DNA of 64,000 bases from Candidatus Poribacteria bacterium. GTDB taxonomy: Bacteria; Poribacteria; WGA-4E; PCPOR2b. The translations under genes and the position numbers were made by a program. The notes below the pieces were generated by a model. The model saw only the letters and a program-made list of their open reading frames with translations. It was not told the origin of the DNA and did not search any database. Shown piece after piece: positions 1 to 9,890 of this stretch (position 1 is its first letter; each line of letters opens with the position of its first letter). The DNA lies in the NCBI GenBank assembly GCA_965198175.1, contig OZ240245.1, positions 3,840,001 through 3,904,000 of the forward strand, given 5' to 3'.

Positions 1-85
1 AACTGCCCTTTCCGGACCGCAATGTGAATTGTCCCGTCACATTCGAAACAGCTTTAATTTGCTTGGCGAGATTTGCTCTGTTCAT
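1..85 (-). CDS. pyrE: Orotate phosphoribosyltransferase, N-terminal fragment (runs off window start)
   Basis: Manual translation of the minus strand gives MNRANLAKQIKAVSNVTGQFTLRSGKGS. G-x-F-T-L-R-S-G is the typical PyrE N-terminal motif. Not in the ORF track. Confidence 0.6.
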   Translation of the reverse strand, partial: MNRANLAKQIKAVSNVTGQFTLRSGKGS

Positions 86-171
86 CAACATCATCTGCTA
101 TGGGCTGTTAGGAATTCTGTATTGATGCCCAAGAATTCGGATACAAACATACTTGATATCGAATCCCAAGT

Positions 172-1221
172 CTACCCGGCCACATGAATCAGGGCTTGGG
201 ACGAGTCGATGACACGCCCAATTACGGCTGCTTCTGGGCAATCTCTCTCATGCAATGCCGCCAATGCCGAATCTGCATCGGACTCTGGCAACGCAAAGAG
301 GAGCCCTCCGGAGGTTTCCGCCTCCATCAAGATATGACGCATTTCCTCCGAGACGCCCGAACCAAAAGTCACCGCTCCATCAAGGAACTTCGTGTTGGAT
401 CGGTAAGCGCGGGTATAAATTTTCTTCTTCACAAGCGTAGGGGCTTCGTCGAAGTATGGGACTTTCTTGGACAAGATTTCGAGTTTGACGCCGTTGCCAC
501 TTGCCATCTCAAAACTGTGCCCAAGCAGACCATATCCAGTCACATCCGTGCAGGCATTTACACTGAATTTCTGCATAATTTCCGATCCGGATCGGTTTAA
601 CCGCGTCATTGATTCGATAACCCGCGGCAAGGCGCCGTCACTGAGCTTATTGAATTTTAATCCCGTCGTGAGGATACCGACACCGAGTCGTTTCGTAAGA
701 ATCAGAACGTCGCCGGGCTTTGCGCCAAAATTTCTTACGACACGGTTCGGATGAATTACGCCGGTTACTGCCAGTCCATACATCAATTCAGGAGCATCAA
801 CTGTATGCCCGCCAACAACCACGGCTCCTGCTTCCTTAACTTTCTCCGCCCCACCTCTTAGGATCTCACCGAGTATCTCCAGGTCTAATCGATCCTTGGG
901 CCAGTATAGGACATTGAGCGCGGTTTTCGGGATGCCCCCCATACTATAGACATCACTCAACGCATTCGTTGCAGCGATCTCCCCGAACGTGTATGGGTCA
1001 TCAACAATCGGCGTAAAATAGTCGGTCGTGTTAATGATTGCGAGATCTTCGGTGAGTTGATAGACGCCCGCATCGTCCGATGTCTCTGTGCCGACGAGCA
1101 GATTTGGATCGTCCATCTTAGGCAGATTATGCAAAACTTGCGCGAGATCGCCCGGATCCAGTTTAGATGCTCACCCTGCAGATTTGACAGTTTTGGTCAA
1201 TTTAATCTTTTTCTTCGTCAT
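172..1221 (-). CDS. selD: Selenide, water dikinase SelD, selenocysteine-containing (in-frame UGA at 1171-1173)
   Basis: Motifs DDAGVY, TTDYFTP, NALSDVYSMGG, GGHT, TDVTGYGLLGH. The frame extends upstream through TGA to ATG 1221 (MTKKKIKLTKTVKSAG-U-ASKLDP), with SD AAGGAGAG upstream. Confidence 0.93.
1140..1170 (-). promoter_or_regulatory. Candidate bacterial SECIS hairpin downstream of the selD UGA
   Basis: After UGA the minus strand reads GCATCTAAACT-GGATC-CGGGC-GATCT, a short stem with a G-rich apical loop at the expected distance. Not folded computationally. Confidence 0.4.
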
Positions 1222-1248
1222 TGACTGTCTCTCTCCTTTTCTTTACGT

Positions 1249-1794
1249 TTATGCTTGTGACGCCTTCAGGGTGATTAAAAAAGTGAGACGCTTTCCAATT
1301 TTTGCCAACGGCTCGACCACAACCTCATCGGGCGTGCTAGGGGTGAAATCCCACAGGCGAACTGTGCCGTCCTCACTCCCACTCGCTAGCGTCGCCCCAT
1401 CGGGACTGAAGGCGATGCTAGTGACCTGCTGACCGGTACCTGAAAGTGTGCGCAGGTATTCGCTCGTGTCGGCGTCCCATAGGCGGATGGTGTTCTCCCA
1501 ACTCCCACTAACGATAGTGCGCCCGCCCGGGCTGAACGCAACGCTATTGACCCCAGACGTATGCCCGGGTAGCAGCGCGACCTCTTGACGGGTCGCCGTA
1601 TCGTAGATCCAAATCCCGATGCCACCGGCGACTGCGATACGAGTGCCATCTGGAGTATACTTTATCTCATGAATCGTGCCTTTGCCGAGGTGCGCTTTGG
1701 CACCGTCGGGCAGGTGCCATTGTGGGGAATCTTGGGCGAAGGTGTTGAGTGAAAGCAGGGTGAAAAGAATCACTATGGTAAAGGTTGTTTTCAT
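1249..1794 (-). CDS. Short secreted WD40-repeat protein (about 3 repeats; possibly internally deleted)
   Basis: Signal peptide, QDSPQWHLPDGAKAHLGKG cap, GH..VNSVAFSP..RLWD repeats and a C-terminal VVEPLAK motif shared with 30730..32964. Confidence 0.75.
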   Translation of the reverse strand: MKTTFTIVILFTLLSLNTFAQDSPQWHLPDGAKAHLGKGTIHEIKYTPDGTRIAVAGGIGIWIYDTATRQEVALLPGHTSGVNSVAFSPGGRTIVSGSWENTIRLWDADTSEYLRTLSGTGQQVTSIAFSPDGATLASGSEDGTVRLWDFTPSTPDEVVVEPLAKIGKRLTFLITLKASQA

Positions 1795-1885
1795 GCAAAA
1801 ACTGCCTTTTTTGAAAATTGATTGCAATTTGAAACTACAGGCGTCAGTGGCTAGTGACCAGTAATCCGTGACACCGTATCAGCGG

Positions 1886-1988
1886 GTAGGTTGGGTTTCA
1901 CTAGCTCTGTACCAGGCCGTGCGATCCAAAAGCGGGACTCCTATTGTGATCGATAGGCACTGGGATTTAATCGTTCAACGCAACCTAT
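1886..1988. repeat. REP-like inverted pair (GTAG family)
   Basis: gtaggttgggtttcac ... gttcaacgcaacctat. The same motif occurs at 15210, 16003, 19609, 20045, 56918, 60806 and 61032. Confidence 0.55.
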
Positions 1989-2336
1989 ACCTGAGTCTGG
2001 CTTGTGTTCATCCATGCGTTTGCTGTCCTTTTGGATGCCCCCCTCCGAACGCGCAATGAATTGCGCTACGACCAACCGCAGGACTTGCCTATGAGCCGCC
2101 TCCAACAGAATAAGTTAGGCACTGAACCCCTCTAACTCGCCTTTTTTTGTAAGGGGAGAACGATTACTTCCATTGAGCAGAGGAGGTGAGGCGGGGGTTG
2201 TTGGGCAAATGATAACATATAGCAGGATTGCCGTCAAGACTATGTGTCCTAACGGTGCACCGTTTACATTTCACGTTTGAAAGGACTTCGCAAGCACAAC
2301 ATTCCGAATCCATGTTTACATTATTCAACATATCTT

Positions 2337-3086
2337 TCAAGGAATCAATATGCGCCCACCACTCGCAACTACTGTGGAACCTGTCATAAAGCTGGATTCC
2401 TCGCTCAACAGAAATGCAATCACGTTCGCCATCTCCTCGGGTTCGCCCATACGTCCCAATGGCGTGGTGGAACACAAATGTTCAATCATTTCGGGCGAAA
2501 CTTCACTGACCATGTCCGTTGCAATCAAACCAGGCGCTACTGAATTTATCCGTATGTCGTGTCGCGCAAAAGGTTCGCAGCACGATTTCGTTAAGGCGAT
2601 TACACCCGCCTTCGCAGCGGAGTAGGCAAGCTGATTCGGACGTACCGCCAAAGCCGCAATTGATGAAACGTTGACGATTCGTCCAAATTTCTGTGCGAAC
2701 ATCCCGGCTTTCACCGCCCAGATGACATTGAATGGACCCGTCAAATTTATCGCAACCGTTCGGTCCCACTGTTCAGGCGTCAGTTCATCAAAGTTCGAAT
2801 CGACAACTGCACCTGCGTTGTTTACTAGCAGATCTATGGCGCCCAAATCTTCTGTAATCGTCCTGACCATTCTGTTTACGGCTTCTCGATCAGCGATATC
2901 CGCCTGAACAACCATCGCTTGGCGTCCTAGAGCGCATACTTGTTGATATACATCCTCCGCCCGATCCGCTGAGTTGACATAATGCACAGCGACATTTGCA
3001 CCTTCAGTGGCTAGCTTAATTGCTGTTGCTTGGCCAATACCTCGGCTCGCGCCTGTCACCAGTGCTAGTTTTCCATTAAACCTCAT
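2337..3086 (-). CDS. SDR family oxidoreductase (FabG-like)
   Basis: TGASRGIG, NNAG, YSAAK motifs. Confidence 0.92.
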   Translation of the reverse strand: MRFNGKLALVTGASRGIGQATAIKLATEGANVAVHYVNSADRAEDVYQQVCALGRQAMVVQADIADREAVNRMVRTITEDLGAIDLLVNNAGAVVDSNFDELTPEQWDRTVAINLTGPFNVIWAVKAGMFAQKFGRIVNVSSIAALAVRPNQLAYSAAKAGVIALTKSCCEPFARHDIRINSVAPGLIATDMVSEVSPEMIEHLCSTTPLGRMGEPEEMANVIAFLLSEESSFMTGSTVVASGGRILIP

Positions 3087-3236
3087 GTGTACCTCGTTTC
3101 AGTTGAAATCAGTATTATCTGATTCGATAAGGATTTCCAGAATTCAAATAATGATTCCTTTTTCTGTAAATTAAGGCAGCTGTTGAGTCAAAGCAGCCCC
3201 TCAAAGGGCGTGGAATTTAAGATGATTTCTGATAAT

Positions 3237-3818
3237 TTACCAAAACGAAAAATGAAGCACCGCGGCGGTGCCAATGGCAGCGATTAGTGCAGCCACGACA
3301 GTTTGAAAAACGGTGTGTCTTTTCCGCCGTACCCTCGCCCACGCAATCAACGGCAACAACAGAGAAAACCATGCGAGTTTCGCGTCAACCAAAAGCGTGA
3401 GTACGGTAATGGATCCGGCTGCACTACCACAGTGAAAACTGATTTTCCATAGATAAGTTATCACTGTAAACACAACACCGTTTAAGGCATAGGCAATGCT
3501 AGGCAAGACAATCTGTCGTGGAGCATCAATCTGATGTAGGACAATAACGCCAACGAGTGTGCTTGCAAGTGAAAACCATAGAGGCGCCAAACGTTGCTTT
3601 CGCACGGCAAGATGAAGATCGCTGAGGCGACCTGAGCGCACAAGGATTAGAATGAAAATGGAGGGTAGTACACTAACAAACACCGTGACAACTATCGTCC
3701 ATAGCATCGCCTGCTGAAATGTTATTGCGTGAGTCCGACCTAGTAGTAAGATTGTCGGAACCGGCACGAGAAATGGGCTAAAGATAATTGATATAGCGAC
3801 AGCGATTCTGTCCAGCAT
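3237..3818 (-). CDS. Integral membrane protein, PAP2-like C-terminus
   Basis: Multiple hydrophobic segments; KISFH and WARVRRKRH motifs resemble the PAP2 superfamily. Confidence 0.65.
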   Translation of the reverse strand: MLDRIAVAISIIFSPFLVPVPTILLLGRTHAITFQQAMLWTIVVTVFVSVLPSIFILILVRSGRLSDLHLAVRKQRLAPLWFSLASTLVGVIVLHQIDAPRQIVLPSIAYALNGVVFTVITYLWKISFHCGSAAGSITVLTLLVDAKLAWFSLLLPLIAWARVRRKRHTVFQTVVAALIAAIGTAAVLHFSFW

Positions 3819-3888
3819 TTGCGATGTGTGACAGGTGACACACGTTTCAGGTGTTAGAGAAGGTCAAAGGTGCACCAAATTCATGAAT

Positions 3889-4203
3889 CTATTTGACGAC
3901 TTCATCGATCCATTTAAGATATTCTGGGTTGCCTCCTACGATTGGGACAAATGTGACCTCGCAAACCTCATAGCTGTGCAAGTCCCTTACGGTTTCGATG
4001 AGTTCGCCCATCAGTCCCGATTTTGTCTTGATGACTAGTTTGGCTTCCTGATCTGATTCAATTTTCCCCTTCCACCAGTAGTATGAAACCACCTGTGGGA
4101 TGACGTTTACACAGGCGGCGAGCTTACGATCGACCAAAGTTTCCGCAATCCGTTTGGCCTCCTCACCGTTTTCTGTGGTCACAAAAGCTATTACATATTC
4201 CAT
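3889..4203 (-). CDS. cutA: Divalent-cation tolerance protein CutA
   Basis: LAACVN, YWWKGKIE, HSYEV motifs; start moved to ATG 4203 (MEYVIAF). Confidence 0.9.
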   Translation of the reverse strand: MEYVIAFVTTENGEEAKRIAETLVDRKLAACVNVIPQVVSYYWWKGKIESDQEAKLVIKTKSGLMGELIETVRDLHSYEVCEVTFVPIVGGNPEYLKWIDEVVK

Positions 4204-4263
4204 TGGGACCTCTCTGTCATTTCCCACTCTCCCCGTTGCTCTCTTGACAAGCATTCCCGCTGA

Positions 4264-6681
4264 TCAACTACGGAGTTCCGCACCTAACTCACTTTCTAAT
4301 TTTCTCACAACCCGCTCATGAACCTGATCGACAATTTCATCAGTAAGGGTTTGTGAATTAGAGTGGTATTCGATTGCATAAGCCAGACTCTTCTTGCCGT
4401 CGGGTACCTGATCGCCTGTGTATAAATCAAACAGACGAACTGAATTAACAAATTCACCGGCTGTGGAATTAATGATGTTAGTCGGATGACTGGAAGGAAT
4501 AGTGGCATCAAGCACGATAGCGAGGTCTCGATTGACACTGGGATAGATTGAAATAGGTCCAAATTCCTTGTTCAGAATGGAGGCGTCAACCAATTTTTCG
4601 AAATCGAGTTCGAACAGGTAAGCTTTATTGGGGACTTCATAGCACTCAATCACTTCAGGGTGAACTTCACCCAAAACACAAAGCGTATGCCCGCTTACAC
4701 AAAGTTCAGCGCTCCGTCCGGGATGGAACGTGGGATGCTCTGCTCCTTTGATAGAATAATTGGAAATTCCGCATTCATCTAGCAAGCCTTCGACTATTCC
4801 TTTAATATCGAAGAAGTCCGCCGGGCGCCGTGGATCTCCGTACACATCAGTGCCGACGCTTCCTGCTATAATGCCCGCTACACGTTCAAATTCGTTCGGC
4901 GGCTCTCCTCTCGTTTCCACGCTCTCCGTAGGAACGCTTGGTACAAAAATATTTGCAATTTCGAAAAGCTGCACATCATTTACCTGATGGCTTGCATTCC
5001 GTTTAGCGTTCTCTAGCAAGCTGGGAATCAGCGTTGTTCGCATGGTTGAGAAATCTTCGACCAGCGGATTCCGAATCTGAAGAGCTTGCCGAAGCGGATC
5101 ATCAACCTCAAGTCGTATCTTATTGAAAACATTCGGATGGTAGAATGAGTAATTGATTGCTTCCATCATACCACAGTCAAGGAGATAAGTTTTCACCTGC
5201 TCGCGCAGCACCCATTTCGGATCGACCCTCGGTATGGGAAGATTGCCCTTCGGCAATGTGATTGGTATATTGTCATAGCCGTAGACACGGGCAATCTCTT
5301 CGATCAGATCAATCTCCCTTTCCAAATCTGGGCGGAAAGTCGCCACTGTGACTTCAAACTCATCTGACACTTTAAACCCGAGCCGAGCGAGTATATCATG
5401 TATCTGATTCGACGTTATCTCTGTCCCCAGAACAAAATTGACCCGCTCCGGGCGCAACTTAATCGGGGCAGGAGCACGCTTACCAGGGTAAACATCAATT
5501 ATTCCTTCGGCGGCTTCACCGCCAGCTATCTCAGCGATAAGTTGTGCGGCGCGATTAATTGCCGGAATGACACTTCCATGATCTACACCGCGTTCAAATC
5601 GATGGGAAGCTTCAGTGTGCATGCCCAACACCTTTGAAGATTTGCGAATGCTAGATGGCTGAAAGTACGCGCTTTCGAGAAGTACATCAACCGTCTGATC
5701 GGTAATCTCCGAATCGAATCCACCCATTACCCCTGCTAGAGCAACAGGTTTTTCGGCATCGGCAATTACAAGCATGTCGGAAGTAAGGAGTCGTTCCTCT
5801 TCGTCGAGCGTCTTTAAAAGTTCCCCCGTTTTAATACGACGTACAACTATTCTGTTTTCAGCAAGTTGATGATAATCAAATGCATGCAGTGGATGCCCAT
5901 ATTCCATTAAGACGAAGTTCGTAACATCTACAACGTTGTTAATTGACCCGACGCCGATGGCTTCAAGTCGGCGCTGCAACCAGATCGGTGAAGAAGCAAC
6001 CTTAACCCCGCGAATGAGTCGCGTTGCGTAACGTGGACAAAGATCTGGTGCTTCGATTGTCACTGAAGTCAAATCTCTAATTTTCGTAGAGGATTCTTGT
6101 ACCTTGGAGGGCGGCAGTCTTAGCGAATTACCTGTTATCACACTAATTTCCCGCGCGACTCCAATCATGCTCAAGCAGTCCGGTCGATTGGGAGTAATTT
6201 CAAGCTCCATCGTAACATCGTCCAAACCCAATGCTTCCGCGAGCAACGTCCCAGTTTTTACATTAACAGGGAGCTCCATCAAACCTGATGCTTCATCTGA
6301 AATATTTAATTCCTTTTCAGAGCAGAGCATCCCCTGCGATTTCTCGCCGCGAATTTGCGCAGTCCCGACTGTTATCCCGCTAGGCAATTCTGCCCCAACT
6401 AAAGCTACAGGTGTGAGTAAGCCCTCACGGGCGTTCAGGGCGCCGCAAACGATTTTTAAGGCAGCGTCCGCCCCAACATCGACATCGCATAAAACAAGCT
6501 TGTTCGCACTCGGATGCTTTTTGACCGCGTTGATCCTGCCAACAATGACTCGATTCAACCCTTCTCCAAGCCGCTTAATGGATTCGACTTCAATGCCGAG
6601 CATCATCAGACGATTCGCGAGTTCTTCAGGGGAAAGGTCGAAATCAACGTATTTCTTTAACCAATTCACGCTTACGTTCAT
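4264..6681 (-). CDS. pheT: Phenylalanine--tRNA ligase beta subunit
   Basis: 805 aa; ITPNRPDCLS, B3/B4 and B5 regions, C-terminal FDX-ACB (RDLAIV..GKKSLA). Confidence 0.98.
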   Translation of the reverse strand: MNVSVNWLKKYVDFDLSPEELANRLMMLGIEVESIKRLGEGLNRVIVGRINAVKKHPSANKLVLCDVDVGADAALKIVCGALNAREGLLTPVALVGAELPSGITVGTAQIRGEKSQGMLCSEKELNISDEASGLMELPVNVKTGTLLAEALGLDDVTMELEITPNRPDCLSMIGVAREISVITGNSLRLPPSKVQESSTKIRDLTSVTIEAPDLCPRYATRLIRGVKVASSPIWLQRRLEAIGVGSINNVVDVTNFVLMEYGHPLHAFDYHQLAENRIVVRRIKTGELLKTLDEEERLLTSDMLVIADAEKPVALAGVMGGFDSEITDQTVDVLLESAYFQPSSIRKSSKVLGMHTEASHRFERGVDHGSVIPAINRAAQLIAEIAGGEAAEGIIDVYPGKRAPAPIKLRPERVNFVLGTEITSNQIHDILARLGFKVSDEFEVTVATFRPDLEREIDLIEEIARVYGYDNIPITLPKGNLPIPRVDPKWVLREQVKTYLLDCGMMEAINYSFYHPNVFNKIRLEVDDPLRQALQIRNPLVEDFSTMRTTLIPSLLENAKRNASHQVNDVQLFEIANIFVPSVPTESVETRGEPPNEFERVAGIIAGSVGTDVYGDPRRPADFFDIKGIVEGLLDECGISNYSIKGAEHPTFHPGRSAELCVSGHTLCVLGEVHPEVIECYEVPNKAYLFELDFEKLVDASILNKEFGPISIYPSVNRDLAIVLDATIPSSHPTNIINSTAGEFVNSVRLFDLYTGDQVPDGKKSLAYAIEYHSNSQTLTDEIVDQVHERVVRKLESELGAELRS

Positions 6682-6808
6682 TTTCTAACTTTGCTCCGTA
6701 GATTAACTAATGATCTCCGTTCTTTTTCTGACGGACTATCATAGAATCAACAAATCTAGAGGAGATTAGTTGGAGACAAGCCGGATATTTTTCCGCATCA
6801 CGTAAGGT

Positions 6809-7828
6809 TCAAAATTGACGGAGGAATCGCATGTCATTTTCAAAAATCAGCCGTAAGTCGGGGATGCCAAAGCGCAACATAGCGATTCGATCCACTCCCA
6901 TACCAAATGCGAAACCGGTGACTTGATTCGGATCGTAGTTAACGTAGCTAAAGACGTTTGGATGAACAGATCCAGCGCCCAAAATCTCGAGCCAACCCGT
7001 CCATGAACAGGTGCGACACCCCTTGCCACTGCAAACCGTGCAGGAGATATCGACTTCGGCACTCGGCTCTGTGAAGGGGAAGAAGTGGGGTCGGAAACGC
7101 ACGCGCGTTCCCTCTCCAAACATTTGTCTCGCAAAGGAATGGAGTACGCCTTTCAGATCGCTGAAGGTGACACGGTAATCAACAAGTAATCCTTCAACTT
7201 GGTGGAACATGGGTGTGTGTGATATGTCGTAATCGCGTCGATATGCCTTCCCCGGCACTATGATTCGCACCGGCGGCTTCTGTTTTTCCATGACGCGCAC
7301 CTGAACAGGCGAGGTATGCGTCCGCAGCAGGAGGCTATCTGTGATATAGAGCGTATCGTGGAGATCTCGCGCTGGATGATCTTCTGGTGTATTCAGTGCA
7401 TCAAAGTTGTAATATTCATGCTCAATCTCCGGCCCTTCTGCAATTTGGAAACCCATACCGCGGAAGATTTCCTGTATCCGTTCGAGCGACTGTGTCACTG
7501 GGTGCTTCTTGCCGATCTTTGGACGCCGCCCTGGAAGGGTGATGTCTATTTTTTCCACAGCAAGCTTCTGTTGGCGCTCTTGGTGGGCAAGGGTACTGGA
7601 AAGACAATCAAAAGCATCCGTAAGTCGAGTTCTCACTGTATTTGCAAGCTTGCCGACAATTGGTCGCTCTTCTTTGGAGAGCTTCCCCATCCCTTTCATC
7701 AGCGCAGTAAACGCCCCTTTGCGTCCAAAATACTTTATCCGAAGTGACTCAAGTTCAGCCAAATTTTCTACAATTTTCAGATTTTCAAGCGCTTCAGTCT
7801 CAATCTGTTTCAACTGCTTTTGCACCAT
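6809..7828 (-). CDS. pheS: Phenylalanine--tRNA ligase alpha subunit (exact start uncertain, 7825-7840)
   Basis: HPARD, LRTHTSPVQ, FPFTEPS, GFAFGMG motifs. Confidence 0.98.
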   Translation of the reverse strand: MVQKQLKQIETEALENLKIVENLAELESLRIKYFGRKGAFTALMKGMGKLSKEERPIVGKLANTVRTRLTDAFDCLSSTLAHQERQQKLAVEKIDITLPGRRPKIGKKHPVTQSLERIQEIFRGMGFQIAEGPEIEHEYYNFDALNTPEDHPARDLHDTLYITDSLLLRTHTSPVQVRVMEKQKPPVRIIVPGKAYRRDYDISHTPMFHQVEGLLVDYRVTFSDLKGVLHSFARQMFGEGTRVRFRPHFFPFTEPSAEVDISCTVCSGKGCRTCSWTGWLEILGAGSVHPNVFSYVNYDPNQVTGFAFGMGVDRIAMLRFGIPDLRLIFENDMRFLRQF

Positions 7829-7851
7829 TCCTCCAGCCAATCATAAACCCA

Positions 7852-8145
7852 ACAGAAAACGCCTGTCACTTCAGCCCATTAGGGACGAAAGCAACAGGCG
7901 CCAACTTTCGCGGTACCACCCTAGTTGACAGATTAAATATCTGTCCTCTTAATTGGTCGTTTCGATAACGGTGAAACTCCCGGCCCAAACCTACTTGTCC
8001 AACTCGTATTGCCAATTGACGTTCAGTTTGGCAGCTCCAAGATGAAATTCAGCAGCCGGTTCCAAAGATGCGCTTTCAGCCAGTGGCGCTCCCTCTCTAG
8101 TTGGAAGACTCCAACCGCTTACTTTGTCCCTTCATCGCCTTTACA
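7852..8145 (-). ncRNA. T-box riboswitch (Phe, UUC specifier) with intrinsic terminator
   Basis: Minus strand: stem I with AGAGAG and GGCTGAAA boxes; specifier GAAT-TTC-A at 8044-8046; T-box AACTAGGGTGGTACCGCG at 7909-7926; antiterminator 3' arm TCGTCCCT; terminator CGCCTGT...ACAGGCG-TTTTCTGTT. Confidence 0.9.
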
Positions 8146-8249
8146 TTGCCATATTCAGTTTTTCAGTGTAGGAGGAATCAGTGGGATTATTTCTGAAATA
8201 GCGTTCTCAATGTAATTGAAATATATCTTCCTCGTCAACTAGCACTGCA

Positions 8250-8603
8250 TCAGCTTGACGCCTTCACAAGTGCTGCAATTTGAGCAAATCCCGTCTCGTC
8301 ATGAACCGCTAAGTCCGCGAGAACCTTACGATTAAGTTCAATTCCCGCTTTTTTTAGCCCATCCATGAATCGGTTATAGGATAAACCGTGCATTCTTGTT
8401 GCGGCATTGATACGAGCAATCCAAAGCCTTCTGAACTCCCGCTTACGGGTCCGTCTATGAGCGTACGCGTGATTCCAGCCTTTTTCGACCGCTTCCATGG
8501 CGGATCGCTTCAAGTTATTCCGCCCACCGCGATACCCTTTTGAGTGTTTTAAGATTCTTTTCCGATGTTTTACACGAACGCTACCTGTTTCAACTCTTGC
8601 CAT
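8250..8603 (-). CDS. rplT: 50S ribosomal protein L20
   Basis: [35 protein letters not shown]. Confidence 0.98.
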   Translation of the reverse strand: MARVETGSVRVKHRKRILKHSKGYRGGRNNLKRSAMEAVEKGWNHAYAHRRTRKREFRRLWIARINAATRMHGLSYNRFMDGLKKAGIELNRKVLADLAVHDETGFAQIAALVKASS

Positions 8604-8721
8604 TCTTGACCTCTTAAAGAAACAAAATCATGTGGGTGCGATTTCGAAAATATTACTGTTATCAATTCATAAGGCACGAACTTTGGCGATGCTTTTCGGG
8701 AGCTCAAAACGGACGCTGATA

Positions 8722-8916
8722 CTATTTAGCCAGTAAACGGTTTACCCTTTTCATATTGGTTGAATCTACGAGACTACTCTTTCTGAGCCTCCGTTTGCGT
8801 TTGCCGGTTTTTGACACGAAGAGGTGGTTAGAATAGGCTTGGAATCTACGGATTTTCCCACGCCCTGTACGCTTGAAACGTTTTGCCGCTCCCTTATGGG
8901 TTTTTATTTTTGGCAT
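8722..8916 (-). CDS. rpmI: 50S ribosomal protein L35
   Basis: MPKIKTHKGAAKRFKRTG; lies between infC and rplT. Confidence 0.98.
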   Translation of the reverse strand: MPKIKTHKGAAKRFKRTGRGKIRRFQAYSNHLFVSKTGKRKRRLRKSSLVDSTNMKRVNRLLAK

Positions 8917-8970
8917 TTATCAAATCCCTTGGTTATGAATGTCCAACTAAACGTCCATATCACAACTACA

Positions 8971-9522
8971 CTACGACGATTTTGGTCCTATGATTATAAA
9001 CATTGTTCTCGTTTCCATTCGAGGGGATTGCTCAATCTCCCCAACATCTGCAAGGTCGTCTGCGAAGCGTTGCAGCATTTTGCGACCAAGGTCAGTGTGC
9101 ATCATCTCACGCCCTTTGAACCGAACTGTTGTTTTGACCTTCCAGCCATTCAATAAAAATTCCCGGGCATGCCGTATCTTAAATTGAAAGTCGTGGTCGC
9201 CGGTCCTTACAGAGTTAAATTTTATTTCTTTTAGGACAACTTTCGCTTGTTTCTTCTTAGCTTCTTTTGCCCGTTTGCTCTTCTCATATTGAAATTTCCC
9301 GTAATCCATAATCTTACAAACGGGCGGATCAGCATTTGGGGAAACTTCCACCAAGTCAAGTCCCTTTTCTTGAGCAATTTGCAACGCCTCGCGAGGCAGC
9401 ATCGCGCTGAGCTGCTTGTTATCCGAATCAATGACGAAAACCTGTCTAGCTCGGATTCGCTCATTCACTCTATTTTGTGGTTCCCGGGGCTTCCCTCGGC
9501 CACGGTTGCCTTTTTTCTGAAT
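8971..9522 (-). CDS. infC: Translation initiation factor IF-3 (ATT start)
   Basis: NERIRA, DLVEVSPNADPPVCKIMDYGK, FKGRE. SD GGAGGTG (9529-9535) lies 6 nt before an in-frame ATT (9520-9522). Confidence 0.95.
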   Translation of the reverse strand: MQKKGNRGRGKPREPQNRVNERIRARQVFVIDSDNKQLSAMLPREALQIAQEKGLDLVEVSPNADPPVCKIMDYGKFQYEKSKRAKEAKKKQAKVVLKEIKFNSVRTGDHDFQFKIRHAREFLLNGWKVKTTVRFKGREMMHTDLGRKMLQRFADDLADVGEIEQSPRMETRTMFIIIGPKSS

Positions 9523-9690
9523 TTTATACACCTCCATGTATGCAATCAATAAACCTTACAAAAAATCACAGGATAAAATTTGCTGTGTTTGAAAAGCAAC
9601 TAGCGGCTGTTTCGCGAATTACCACAAAATCTGGACTTACAGTTTGTTGGGTTCAATAGATGATGGAATTTTGGGCAAAAAACATAGTGT

Positions 9691-9720
9691 ATTGTAGCAT
9701 ATCCCAATTGATAAATGCAA
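9691..9720 (-). promoter_or_regulatory. Putative sigma70 promoter of infC-rpmI-rplT
   Basis: TTGCAT-N18-TACAAT with a TGn extended -10 on the minus strand. Confidence 0.5.
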
Positions 9721-9890
9721 GGCAAAATCCGTTGACTATTCTCATATTGCAGGCATCCGGATATCGTTATGGAAGGCGTACAGCATTCGGGGAACGCTTT
9801 GACTTCATGGATTCATACCTTGTATCTCAACAGCTAAACTCGATTACAGCAAAATGGGTTTTTGGAACAGGCTTGTGTTTTCTATCGTGT

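Noticed and set aside
1171..1173. Genome-wide UGA reassignment
   Set aside because: UGA terminates conserved genes at their expected ends (pheS, pheT, rplT, truA), so the selD UGA is site-specific.
9550..9680. L20 leader RNA upstream of infC
   Set aside because: Position is plausible, but I could not recognise the consensus; a covariance-model search is needed.
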